DNA from: Methanoculleus sp.
Lineage (GTDB): Archaea > Halobacteriota > Methanomicrobia > Methanomicrobiales > Methanoculleaceae
NCBI GenBank assembly: GCA_017994915.1
Contig: JAGOJX010000002.1
Coordinates: 851-64,850 of the forward strand
Length of the DNA stretch: 64,000 nt
Direction: 5' to 3'
In this document: positions 19,463 through 29,254 of the stretch, piece after piece
Numbering within the stretch: position 1 is the first letter of the stretch
Layout of the letters: the number at the start of each line of letters is the position of its first letter
Notes under the pieces: generated by a model
What the model was told of the DNA's origin: nothing
Database searches by the model: none
Seen by the model: the letters and a program-made list of their open reading frames with translations, nothing else
Program-made: the position numbers and the translations under genes

Positions 19463-20302
19463 TCAATAGCAAGGCCACCTTGAATCCGGTTCCTGCGATA
19501 TCGTCGTCCTGTCTGCTGTTGCGACTTCGTAATTCATCCTCGTGTACGTGTCGGTATACCGGGTCACCGTCCGGGAGCCGCAGTAGAGCTCTTCAGCGTA
19601 TATCGTCACAGTCGCATGCGTCGAGTTTATGGCCACACCCGGCATCTCCGGGGATTCGAGAACGGTCTGCTGAGGCCATCCAATCCTTGCATGCCACCAC
19701 GCACCGATCGCATACAGTTCCCTGAGAAACACCGATGCTTCGAGGTACGACTCGGGCGAGTCATCTCCCTCGATATACCGCGAGATATTCTTATCTGCTC
19801 CCTCCGGCAGGAGCCGGGTCCTGTTTGTCATCGGCAGAGCGGTTACGTTTTCTTCTACGACAAACGGGACGACATACGCCTGCAGATAGTCGGATACCCA
19901 GTATCCTTCGAGTTTGTATCCTTCTCGCAGTCTGATATGATCATAGGGATCGAGAGCGGCAGTGAGATTATTTAGGTACTTTGTCTCGCCGCTACTCCCG
20001 GCGTAGCCTGAGTCAAACCCGACGTCTGCATTTTGTGTCGCATTTCGAAGGCCACTAACCCAGCCCGCAGGGAAATACACGACCGTAGTGCCGTTGCTAT
20101 AAGTATTTTCCGTGGGGCCGGTGTGCGGAAGCGTAACGGTGCCTGCTCTTGCGGCCGATTGCTCTGCCTGAGTCTCAACCATGCCTGTATCCAGTGCATC
20201 GGCAATGCCCGGATACCCACCTGCACACGCCGCTGCAACGAGAAGCATTCCGACGGCGTAAATAGCAGCGATGCAGACCCCCACTCTTCGCATATTCCCC
20301 AC
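19463..20302 (-). CDS. Secreted hypothetical protein
   Basis: Signal-peptide-like N-terminus (RRVGVCIAAIYAVGMLLVAAACA) and several N-x-S/T sequons. Confidence 0.7.
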   Translation of the reverse strand: MGNMRRVGVCIAAIYAVGMLLVAAACAGGYPGIADALDTGMVETQAEQSAARAGTVTLPHTGPTENTYSNGTTVVYFPAGWVSGLRNATQNADVGFDSGYAGSSGETKYLNNLTAALDPYDHIRLREGYKLEGYWVSDYLQAYVVPFVVEENVTALPMTNRTRLLPEGADKNISRYIEGDDSPESYLEASVFLRELYAIGAWWHARIGWPQQTVLESPEMPGVAINSTHATVTIYAEELYCGSRTVTRYTDTYTRMNYEVATADRTTISQEPDSRWPCY

Positions 20303-20790
20303 ATCCCTCGACCGGCTGCCCTTGTGATTCAGAAGATTTAGCCTTTACTGCCATGCACGGAGTCCTGTGCCGGGAAAGGGATAGGGATACAACGGCACGT
20401 TGCAGGCCCATATCAGGAGAGAGGGTGCCGCCTCCCTTCACCTCTCGGGGTAAGGAGATCCCCTGCGCCAGCGAGGGAAAATTGCCTTTACACTCTCACA
20501 CCGCACGGCTCTTCTTGATCGATGAGCGACAGAGTATCTTCTCAATAGCACCGCGGATCGTCAGCAATTGCCTGCATATCCAGGAAGAACTATCGGATCA
20601 TCGATACGCTCGCGCGGCCACTGCCAGGAGTTTGTACAACGCAGGACTGCAGCAGGACAAGATCCGACAAGACTGTGGTATCCATGCGTGCCCCTGTTCC
20701 CGGGATGCGGGATGGCATGTGCTGGAATGGGAAGGGGCATGCCTGCTCGACCACATGTATCAAGACCTGCAACAACCTATAGGCATTAAC

Positions 20791-21027
20791 ATGTCCTCCA
20801 CTACAGTCTGGGTCACCCCCGAGAACAAGAGCCGCCTCGCGGCCCTGAAGCGCCATCCAAAAGAATCCTACAACGACGTCATTGCCCGCCTGATCGATAT
20901 GGCCGTCGACGATGAGCCCTTATCAGAGGAGGCCATCCGGGGTATCGAGGAAGCCCTCGAGGATATCCGAGCTGGCCGGCTCTACACCGAAGATGAGATC
21001 GAGAGAGAATTCGGTGCAAAGGAATGA
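20791..21027 (+). CDS. Antitoxin (RHH-type, RelB-like partner)
   Basis: MSSTTVWVTPENKSRLAALKRHPKESYNDVIARLID, acidic C-terminus, ATGA overlap with the toxin gene. Confidence 0.82.
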   Translation: MSSTTVWVTPENKSRLAALKRHPKESYNDVIARLIDMAVDDEPLSEEAIRGIEEALEDIRAGRLYTEDEIEREFGAKE

Positions 21028-21284
21028 CCTACACGGTCACATACACCGCCCGGGCCCGGCGGAATCTCAAAAGGCTCCCCCCCAGGGCGGCCATCCGGAT
21101 TATCCAGGCCGTTGCCGGACTCCGGAATGACCCATATGCGCAGGTCCGGAAACTGGCCGGGTTCACCAGGACACCGGTTTACCGGCTCAGGGTGGGCGAG
21201 TACCGGGTGGTGCTCGTCGTCGAGGACGAGCGCCTCCTGGTCCTCATCCTGGGGGCCGGGCATCGGAGCATCATCTACCGGTAA
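21024..21284 (+). CDS. relE: RelE/ParE-family toxin
   Basis: YTVTYTARARRNLKRL..VRKLAG..YRLRVGEYRVV..GHRSIIYR. Confidence 0.9.
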   Translation: MTYTVTYTARARRNLKRLPPRAAIRIIQAVAGLRNDPYAQVRKLAGFTRTPVYRLRVGEYRVVLVVEDERLLVLILGAGHRSIIYR

Positions 21285-21291
21285 AGATACC

Positions 21292-21711
21292 ATGGACCTG
21301 AACTTCTGCCGCCACTACGCCGGCGACGGCACACCGCCGTCGAACCGCTACTGCCGGGTTTGTCCCGAGGCCGCCTGCGGCCGGCTCTGGCAGCGGGTCC
21401 TCGATCTTGCCGCATCGAATGGCGGAGACCCGGTCCCGCTCCCCGGGACGCGGGCGGTCCTCTTCCCGAACGAAAAGAACCCCGACTTCGTCCGATTGCA
21501 GGTCAACTGCCGGTGGGGCCTCCCGAAGGAGGACTTCCTGCACTACATCGCCACCGGTCACGCGGGGATGGGCCGGCGGGGGCAGCGGAGCGACCCCGGG
21601 GCGTCCCCGAGCTGCACCCGGCAGGAGCCCTACGTGCAGGCGATCGTTACGCTGCTCGGCGGGATGGATACACCGGAGATACGGGCGGTGCGGGAAGTGC
21701 AGAGAGGGTGA
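21292..21711 (+). CDS. Hypothetical Cys-containing protein (139 aa)
   Basis: ATG 7 nt after the relE stop. N-terminal C..H..CxxC..C cluster and typical codon usage. Confidence 0.7.
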   Translation: MDLNFCRHYAGDGTPPSNRYCRVCPEAACGRLWQRVLDLAASNGGDPVPLPGTRAVLFPNEKNPDFVRLQVNCRWGLPKEDFLHYIATGHAGMGRRGQRSDPGASPSCTRQEPYVQAIVTLLGGMDTPEIRAVREVQRG

Positions 21712-21727
21712 GCCGGGGCGCGAACTC

Positions 21728-22684
21728 TCACCCCCACCCAAACCCGTACGCCAGCACCGCGACCAGGACCACCATGATCCCGTTCCGGAGCGCCGTCGAG
21801 ACGAACATGATCTCCGCCCCCGTCCGCACCCCGAAGATGGCGATGTAGGAAGACCCGAGCCAGCGGATGCTCCTGGTCACGCTGGTGAGGACGTTCCCGA
21901 CGAGGAGGGTGACGATGATCTGCTGCCAGGTCATATCCCCGGCAGCGAGCAGGGCGGACGCGACGCTCGCACCTGCGACGAAACTCCCGAATTGGGCTGC
22001 GATGATGGCAAACCCCTCTGCCGGAACGGGAAAGACCCCCCCTGCGCCCTGCATCATCACGGCAAGCCGGTCGAAGACGCCCGCGTTGATGAGGAACGCG
22101 ACGATGACGATGGTGGGGACGGTGATCTTGAGGAGGCGCACGAGGATCTTTTTTGAGGATGTGCACGCAGTCCCGAGCGCCTCGCGGAGGGTGACGGCCG
22201 ATACCTCCGCCGGGGCGGCGGGTGCGCGTGGCGCGGGAGTGAGGGTCATCCGGCCGATGACCATGATGACCAGCGTCTTTGCAAGGCCGGCAAGCATCAG
22301 CAGGCCGAAGTAGATGAGCCCGGGGATGCCGAGGAGCGGGACGTAGACCGGGAGGAGGTAGCGCCAGTGCATGACGACCGTCGGAAACGAGTTCATGGTG
22401 GCGGCAATGATCAACTCCTTTTGGCTGATGATCTCCTTTGTGTGGTAGTCCAGGAGCATGGCGTTTGCGGCCGGCGGGGAGACGAAGGCCATGAGAAAAC
22501 TGGTGCCGCATTCCTCGCTCAGGCAGGCAAACGACGTGAGCGGCCGGGAGAGAGAGGCGATCTTTCCGGCGATATTCAGGGCGACGAGCACCTCGGCGAT
22601 GAAGACCCCGATGATCATCATCGGGACCATCTCCCCGAGCAGGTCTGCGGCGAGCATCACCGTCGGAACGATACTCTCGTACAT
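21728..22684 (-). CDS. Nucleoside-recognition (Gate) domain membrane protein
   Basis: Multi-TM protein with two repeats containing FVSPPAANAML and NSFP motifs. Confidence 0.8.
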   Translation of the reverse strand: MYESIVPTVMLAADLLGEMVPMMIIGVFIAEVLVALNIAGKIASLSRPLTSFACLSEECGTSFLMAFVSPPAANAMLLDYHTKEIISQKELIIAATMNSFPTVVMHWRYLLPVYVPLLGIPGLIYFGLLMLAGLAKTLVIMVIGRMTLTPAPRAPAAPAEVSAVTLREALGTACTSSKKILVRLLKITVPTIVIVAFLINAGVFDRLAVMMQGAGGVFPVPAEGFAIIAAQFGSFVAGASVASALLAAGDMTWQQIIVTLLVGNVLTSVTRSIRWLGSSYIAIFGVRTGAEIMFVSTALRNGIMVVLVAVLAYGFGWG

Positions 22685-22885
22685 GGCTCTCCCGTCCGGC
22701 AACGGCGCCACGAAGACCGCGCCTCTCCGGAGATATGATGAAGATCATCTCGAAATCTAATAAATGATCTGTTCCATGCTTGAAAATTCCATTAAATATG
22801 ATATAACACAATAATGGTAGCACTGAGCCGCAGGAGGGCGCCGGCCGGCACAACCTATATCCCCCCGGGCGAAAAAGAGGTCGTT

Positions 22886-23020
22886 ATGCCGACCTGCAGC
22901 GACTGCGCCCTCTACACGCGAAAGACCGCGACCAGCGGGGAATGCAGCATCAACGGCCCTGTTCCTGCCGACCGGGATGCCGGGCGGTGCCCGTCACGGA
23001 CGTTCCGGCCGCGAGGATAG
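22886..23020 (+). CDS. Small 4-Cys metal-binding protein (44 aa)
   Basis: MPTCSDCALY..GECSING..GRCPSRTFRPRG, preceded by RBS gagg. Confidence 0.65.
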   Translation: MPTCSDCALYTRKTATSGECSINGPVPADRDAGRCPSRTFRPRG

Positions 23021-23316
23021 TCCCGCCATAGGCTTCCGAATGGGTGGAACCCCTCTCTGGAGCGAATGCTCTCTATACAAGATGGCCGCCCGGGGCCACA
23101 CCCAAGGTTGAAGGGCGGTTACCATGCAGCAGAGAACCGGAGCTCCGGCGATGTATTCGGATCGACTCTCCTCAAATAATATGAAAATTCGGGCAAATAA
23201 ATAAGATTAAGTATGAGCACCGATACAAGATTTATTACTTGGGGGGTGGGTTGCGGACGAGAACTCCTCTCCGCCCGGCAGACCTCTTCCAGTATCGCAG
23301 ATACGGTGATTGAAGT

Positions 23317-25242
23317 ATGGATGTGACTCAAGATTCTTCTGGACCACTGGCTGTTGTCCCCCGGTCTCTCTTTCGGGATTACAGAGAGTTCCTGCTCACC
23401 CCGGGCACGATCTTCACGCTTGTTAGCAGTATCCTCCTGGCGATCGCGGTCTTATACCAGGTTTCCGGCCTCTTTATCGACGCAGCTCCGGAAGCCTATG
23501 CCGACCGGATATATCTCGCAGCTGCTCTGGTGGGATCTTCGTTCATCTGGTACAGCGCCGTCCAGGGGATCCGCGAAGGCGATTTTACCGCTGATATCCC
23601 GGTCTCTCTTGCCACGGCAGCAGCAATCGCGATCGGGCAGTACCCCGCCGCCGCCGTCGTCGCCGTACTCCTTCTTCTCGGCGGGTTGCTTGAAGAACTC
23701 GTTGCCGCCCGTGCCGATCGGGCGCTTGATGCGCTGGCCCGGTTGCTGCCCGACCGGGTGACCGTCCGGCGTGATGGTAAAGATCTCTTCCTTTCCCCTG
23801 ACGAGGTGGTTGTCGGTGATCTTCTCATCGTGCGTTCCGGGGAACGGATCGCTGTCGATGGGGAGGTCCTGTTTGGAGCGGCTGCCATCAACCAGTCGGC
23901 AATCACCGGGGAGAGCGTACCGGCGGAGAAGCAGGCAGGGGATACCGTCTTCGCCGGCACCCTCAACGAGAACGGAGCAATCGAGGTCCTTGCAACCCGG
24001 GTCGGGACCGAGACCACGCTCGGCCAGATCCGCAGGCTTGTTGCGGATGCCCAGGAAGAGAAAGCGCCCGTCGAACGGGTGCTCGATCGCTACGCTAAAC
24101 TGTATACGCCGGCAGCCATTATCCTGGGATTGCTGCTGTGGTGGTGGAGCGGGAACGTCCTGCAGGCGATCACGATGCTCATCGTCTTCTGCCCGTGCGT
24201 AATCGTCCTCGCGACACCGACGGCACTCGTTGCCTCGATCGGAAATGCCGCGCTCAGGGGAAGTCTTGTGAAGAAAGGGGCGGCCGTGGAGACGCTGGCT
24301 CATGTCGATATCGTGATCTTCGATAAGACGGGGACGCTCACATCCGGGGAGTTGCAGCTCGCCGATGTGGTTCCTTTCGACGATGTACTCGAAACGAGCC
24401 TGTTAGGATACGCCGCATCCGCCGAGAAGTTCAGCGAGCATCCGGTGGGCAGGGCGATCGTGCGGGCTGCTGCCGGGCGGGAGATCGCGGTCACGGATCC
24501 TGAGTCCTGTGAACTGTTGACGGGCCTCGGCGTGAAGGCCCGAACCGGCGGGCACGCGGTTCTGCTCGGGCGCCCGAAACTCTTCTCCGATATGGGGATC
24601 ACCCTTCCCAAGACCGTTCTTTGGGAGATCAATGCCCGGGCCTGTGAAGGAATGAGCGTCATCGTCGTGATGATCGACCACGCGGTCAGCGGTCTCCTGG
24701 TCTTTGAGGATACGCTTCGGGAGCATGCGCAGGAGACCGTCGCCGCCCTCAATCAGGCAGGCATCAGGACGGTCATCGTAACGGGCGACAACCGGGAGAC
24801 AGCCGCCCGGATCGCGGAAGCGACCGGGATATCCGAGATGCATGCCGAGATGATGCCGGAAGAGAAAGTCGGGATCGTGAAGCGGTTTCAGGAGGCAGGG
24901 CACCGGGTGGCATTTGTCGGCGATGGAGTGAACGACGGTCCGGCGCTTGCAACTGCTGATGTGGGCGTCGCTATGGGCAATGCCGGCACGGATGTCGCCA
25001 TCGAGACTGCGGATGTCGTGCTCTTATCGGATGATCTCCTCAAGCTCCCCCGGATCATCGATACATCGCGAAAAGCCCTCCGGACCATCCGGCAGAACCT
25101 CGTTTTTGCCGTAGGGGTCCTCCTCTTTGCCGTATGCCTCACCGTCTTCAACATCCTGACGCCGGTTACCGGGGCGCTCCTGCACGAACTCTCCTCGATC
25201 CCGGTGATTGCCAACTCGGCACGGTTGATTGGAATGAAGTGA
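23317..25242 (+). CDS. Heavy-metal P1B-type ATPase (no N-terminal metal-binding domain)
   Basis: TGES, CPC, DKTGT, SEHP, TGD, GDGVND, C-terminal HELSS. Confidence 0.95.
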   Translation: MDVTQDSSGPLAVVPRSLFRDYREFLLTPGTIFTLVSSILLAIAVLYQVSGLFIDAAPEAYADRIYLAAALVGSSFIWYSAVQGIREGDFTADIPVSLATAAAIAIGQYPAAAVVAVLLLLGGLLEELVAARADRALDALARLLPDRVTVRRDGKDLFLSPDEVVVGDLLIVRSGERIAVDGEVLFGAAAINQSAITGESVPAEKQAGDTVFAGTLNENGAIEVLATRVGTETTLGQIRRLVADAQEEKAPVERVLDRYAKLYTPAAIILGLLLWWWSGNVLQAITMLIVFCPCVIVLATPTALVASIGNAALRGSLVKKGAAVETLAHVDIVIFDKTGTLTSGELQLADVVPFDDVLETSLLGYAASAEKFSEHPVGRAIVRAAAGREIAVTDPESCELLTGLGVKARTGGHAVLLGRPKLFSDMGITLPKTVLWEINARACEGMSVIVVMIDHAVSGLLVFEDTLREHAQETVAALNQAGIRTVIVTGDNRETAARIAEATGISEMHAEMMPEEKVGIVKRFQEAGHRVAFVGDGVNDGPALATADVGVAMGNAGTDVAIETADVVLLSDDLLKLPRIIDTSRKALRTIRQNLVFAVGVLLFAVCLTVFNILTPVTGALLHELSSIPVIANSARLIGMK

Positions 25243-25432
25243 ACTGTCTTGCGCCTTTTGGGCGGGGCATCCCGCTCCTTCAACCCAGCAGGATAAAATT
25301 CGTTCGTTCTTAAGGTCACCCGGGGGTGCCGGGCGCCTTTCTGCTAATAGGGGCGCCAGGTGGAATGCCTCGCAAAGAGCGCGGCACTATCCACATGGCG
25401 TACAGACGATCGGGGTTCCCGGCCGCATCCGC

Positions 25433-25837
25433 TCACTCCGGGCAGTCGATCTCCCGTGAGTAGGGTTTGATATCGAGAACCGGCGTCCCATCGAGTGCCT
25501 CCAGCCCCCTGACCCGGATCGTGTTGCCCGTTATATCGATGACATCGACGAGCGAGAGGCTGATCGGGTTCGGGCGGTTGGGGGAACGGGTTGCAAACAC
25601 GCCGTGCTCCACCGGATTGTGCGGGGGCGTCGCACGGAGTGCGGTCCGGTCGGCCCGATCAAACCAGCAGAGCACGAAGAGATGTTTCTTCTCCTCGACC
25701 CTGAAGAGGGCGGGGAGGTAGTGGTCGTCGATGACGATCGTCGCCTCGGTGTCGGTCAGCCGGCCCTGGCGCGGGGCGTCCTTCTTCTCCTTGTATGGCG
25801 AAGATACGTGCCCGATGGGGTTCAAGTCGACTATCAT
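25433..25837 (-). CDS. tsaA: TsaA/TrmO tRNA m6t6A37 methyltransferase family
   Basis: PIG..SPY..PRQG, GVFATRSPNRPNPI, LDGTPVLDIKPY. Confidence 0.9.
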   Translation of the reverse strand: MIVDLNPIGHVSSPYKEKKDAPRQGRLTDTEATIVIDDHYLPALFRVEEKKHLFVLCWFDRADRTALRATPPHNPVEHGVFATRSPNRPNPISLSLVDVIDITGNTIRVRGLEALDGTPVLDIKPYSREIDCPE

Positions 25838-26192
25838 GGTGTGCCTCCGGCAGAAGCACGCCGGCCGGGAGCAGTGCCTGCCTGCCCGTGGAGGGCGGTG
25901 GTCTCCACGGCCCCCGGTGCTACGAAAGGCCGTGCCAAAACGGAAGAGGTGATATGTATCAGTCTCATGATAGGAATAGTTACGAGAATTTCCTTAAGTC
26001 TTTCGAAACGTGATGCACCGCCAGGAGATCCTCCCGGCCCGCGGGGGTGCCGGGTAGGGAGAGGTCCGGTGAGCGCGGCCCGGGGGATGCCTGTGGAATA
26101 TGGTGCATATGTGCCCGTGATAGTGCCGCTTACCCGGGTGGGGGGCACTCGGAACGGGAACCGTTTTCTCCTGCCGGACGCCAACATCCTGT

Positions 26193-26774
26193 ATGGACGA
26201 CGCGACAGCCCTGATGCTCAGCCACGTCCGGGCAGCGCTCCCGGCATCGGGGGCCCACGGTTTTGACCACACCCTCCGGGTCGTGCGTCTTGCTGAAGCG
26301 ATCGGCGCCCGCGAAGGTGCGGATATGGCGGTCCTCATACCGGCCGCAATCTTCCACGATATCGCCCGGCCCGTCGAGGAGGAGACGGGCGCCCCCCACG
26401 AGGAGGCGGGGGCGCGGATGGCAGAAGCCTACCTTTGCTCCATCAGCTACCCGGCGGACCTTGTCCCGGGCATCTTCCACGCCATCCGGGCGCACCGCTA
26501 CTCCTCAGGGGTCGACCCCGGAACCCTGGAAGCCCGGGTGCTCTCGGATGCGGACAACCTGGACGCGATGGGCGCGGTCGGTATCGCACGGACGTTCATG
26601 CAGGCCGGGGAGAAGGGCGGCGGCATCCTGGACGCAACCGATCACATCCGGGCAAAACTCGTCAACCTGAGGGGCCGGATGTACACGGATACCGCCCGGG
26701 AGATTGCCGGGAAGAGGCACGCCCTCCTCGTTGCGTTCCTCAATGCCCTGGATGACGAGGTGCGGGGACCTTAA
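26193..26774 (+). CDS. HD-domain hydrolase
   Basis: HGFDHTLRV, FHDI, H..GA, AHR, DADNLDAMGAVGIAR. Confidence 0.9.
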   Translation: MDDATALMLSHVRAALPASGAHGFDHTLRVVRLAEAIGAREGADMAVLIPAAIFHDIARPVEEETGAPHEEAGARMAEAYLCSISYPADLVPGIFHAIRAHRYSSGVDPGTLEARVLSDADNLDAMGAVGIARTFMQAGEKGGGILDATDHIRAKLVNLRGRMYTDTAREIAGKRHALLVAFLNALDDEVRGP

Positions 26775-28102
26775 CCGCCGTCCCTCTCCACGGGCCGGCG
26801 AAGCAGGAGGCGTATATTCCGGACGATCGTCTTCCTCTCCGGGACATCCTCGATGACGAGGAGGAGCGAGCCTGCCAGCAGGATGGCGATACCGAGCCCG
26901 AGGACCGATGGCGCGAGGGTGACGAGCATCGCCGCGCAGGATGCGGCGCCGAGCAGAGGGAAGACGGGCCCGAACGGGATGACAAAGCGGTTCTTCTCCG
27001 GTGAGACCAGCGTTTTGCGCCCTGTCAGGATGAGCGCGCTGACGTTCACGAGCATCATCGCCACGAGGATCGTGACGTTGGTCAGCTCCACGATGAACGA
27101 GAGGTTCCCGGCGAGGATGAGGATGGCAGTGATGCCGGCGCCGAGCAGGATGGAGTTCGCCGGTTGACCGTTCCGGAGCCGGGCAAACCTCGCGGGGATC
27201 TGTTCCTCACTTGCCATCTCCAGGATGACCCGCGAGGCGCCGAGGATGTTTGCATTCGCGGACGAAAGCGTCGAGAAGAGCGCCGCGAGAGCGACGACGA
27301 CCCCGCCGATGGGTCCGAGGTAGACGACCGCCGCATCGAAGACGCTCTCGCCCCCGTACGAGGGGAGTCGCGCCGCGAGCAGCGCAACGACGACCCCCGT
27401 ATATATCAGCGCCACGATGCCGATGGACGCAAGGGTGGCGAGCGGCACGTTTTTTGCTGAATCCTTCACCTCGCCGCCCATCATGGCCACGACCTGGAAT
27501 CCTATGTAGGCGAAGAAGATCATCGCCACCCCCCGGAGCATGCCGCTCGCGCCGCCGGGGAGGAACGGCGAGAAGTCGGAGGCCTGAACGTGGGTGAGCC
27601 CGACCAGGATCAGGCCGGCGAGGATGGCCACCTTCGCGGCGACGAGGCCGATCTCGACCCGCCCCGCCTCCGCGGCACCCCTGAGGTTGAGCGCCGCAAG
27701 CAGCGCAAGGCCGGCAAGGGCGGCGTAACGCGGGTCAAGGCTCGCCCCTGTAAGCAGGTTTGCGTAGATCCCGAACCCCAGGAGGACGAAGGCGGTGGCG
27801 ATCGTTATGCTGATGTACATAGCAAAACCCGCGAGAAACCCGGGATACGGACCGAGGATGCGCCGTGCGTAGAGGTATCCGCCCCCGTCCTCGGGGTAGA
27901 TGCTCGCGAGCACCGCGTAGGAGAGGCCCGAGAAGGCGACGGCAAGACCGCAGATGATGTAGGAGATCACCGCCGAAGGACCGGCGATGGCGATGATGAG
28001 GCCGCTCAGGACAAAGACCCCGGCCCCGATCATGTTCCCCACCGCAAACGCTACCGCGGCAGAAAGGCTCAACCCTTTCGACCGCTTTGCTCCGCCCGGC
28101 AT
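26771..28102 (-). CDS. APC-family amino acid permease
   Basis: GNMIGAGVF, GGGYLY, FFAYIGF, EVKD..KNVP; about 12 TM segments. Confidence 0.92.
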   Translation of the reverse strand: MPGGAKRSKGLSLSAAVAFAVGNMIGAGVFVLSGLIIAIAGPSAVISYIICGLAVAFSGLSYAVLASIYPEDGGGYLYARRILGPYPGFLAGFAMYISITIATAFVLLGFGIYANLLTGASLDPRYAALAGLALLAALNLRGAAEAGRVEIGLVAAKVAILAGLILVGLTHVQASDFSPFLPGGASGMLRGVAMIFFAYIGFQVVAMMGGEVKDSAKNVPLATLASIGIVALIYTGVVVALLAARLPSYGGESVFDAAVVYLGPIGGVVVALAALFSTLSSANANILGASRVILEMASEEQIPARFARLRNGQPANSILLGAGITAILILAGNLSFIVELTNVTILVAMMLVNVSALILTGRKTLVSPEKNRFVIPFGPVFPLLGAASCAAMLVTLAPSVLGLGIAILLAGSLLLVIEDVPERKTIVRNIRLLLRRPVERDGG

Positions 28103-28246
28103 CGGGGTCTATGTCCGGCAGGCAGGAGATAAGGCTGCCGGCAGGGGATTTGCACTGTGCCGCCCACGCACCTTTGCCGGAGATGACTGCCGCCTCCGGG
28201 CAGAAGCAAGGGCCCGGGCATTGTGAGACGGCGCCCTCTCCGGCAC

Positions 28247-28576
28247 TTACGTATCCGAAAAGAACCGCAGCCCCACGATCCCCGCCACGATCAGGACGAT
28301 GCAGAGAAGGCGGATGACGCTCCGCGACTCGCCGAAGAGGATGATCCCGGCGATGACCGTCCCGACCGCCCCGATGCCCGTCCAGACGGCGTACGCCGTT
28401 CCGAGGGGGAGACTCGTAAGCGACCGCGAGAGGAGGTAGACGCTGCCTCCCATCACGATAAGGGTCGCCACCGACGGCCCCACCTTCGTGAACCCTTCGG
28501 TGTACCTGAGGCCGAGCGCCCAGCCGGTCTCGAGGAGCCCGGCGAAAAACAGGGTTATCCAGGCAATTTCCCGCAT
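28247..28576 (-). CDS. sugE: SMR-family exporter (SugE/Gdx type)
   Basis: AWITLFFAGLLETGWA, LPLGTAYAVWTGIG. Confidence 0.9.
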   Translation of the reverse strand: MREIAWITLFFAGLLETGWALGLRYTEGFTKVGPSVATLIVMGGSVYLLSRSLTSLPLGTAYAVWTGIGAVGTVIAGIILFGESRSVIRLLCIVLIVAGIVGLRFFSDT

Positions 28577-28687
28577 AGATCCTCTCCACTTTCGCCGGGC
28601 AGGCGATATACTTTGCCCGACCCCCTTCCCGATGGGCCGTCACGTTTAAGGCCCGGGAGACCCATTCCCGAAATAGAGGTAGCGAGA

Positions 28688-28915
28688 ATGGCAAAAGTTA
28701 CCATCGAGAGACCGGAATGCATCAGCTGCGAGTCCTGCTGGACGGTCTGCCCGGAGATCTTCGAGCAGGACCCGGCCGACGGCCTGAGCTCGATCAAGAA
28801 AGAGTACCGGGTCAACGACAACCCCGCAGAGGGCGAGGTGCCCGACGACCTTATCGACTGCGCAATCGAGGCTGCCGATGCGTGCCCGGTGGCAATCATC
28901 GAAGTCGAAGGGTGA
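28688..28915 (+). CDS. Ferredoxin (single 4Fe-4S)
   Basis: CISCESCWTVCP...ACPVAII, 75 aa, RBS gaggt. Confidence 0.92.
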   Translation: MAKVTIERPECISCESCWTVCPEIFEQDPADGLSSIKKEYRVNDNPAEGEVPDDLIDCAIEAADACPVAIIEVEG

Positions 28916-29018
28916 GACGATCCGGGCGCCCGTGATGCGCCGAACGAAAAAATAGGCCTTGAGGAGCGGTTACGCCGATGACATGAAAAAGACTATATCC
29001 TTTCAGAGCTATGGGGGG

Positions 29019-29138
29019 GGTTGCCTGAGAGGGAGATCAAACCCGAAGGCGCATCATCATGGTGCAACAGGTTTACGGATCAGAACAATGAGGGTCCGTA
29101 AACAAAAAAAACGTTGCACCAATGAATGAAACGCAACC
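29019..29138. other. Nested inverted repeats; candidate structured RNA
   Basis: Pairs GGTTGC/GCAACC, TGGTGCAAC/GTTGCACCA and GTTTACGGA/TCCGTAAAC. Confidence 0.4.
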
Positions 29139-29254
29139 GGGACAAGAATCAAACTCTCGGGCACACGTATTCTTCCGCAGTCTGCCCCGGGAGCGGACGC
29201 CGCCTCTTCTGCACCTCCGTTCCGGCTAAAAAATAGGGGGGTTTTCCCATAGCA

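Noticed and set aside
20353-20790. Long N-terminal extension of the antitoxin ORF
   Set aside because: The protein-like sequence starts at ATG 20791; the upstream part looks non-coding or decayed.
28577-28687. Guanidine riboswitch upstream of sugE
   Set aside because: No paired ACGR hairpins or other recognisable consensus; the region is a short divergent promoter.
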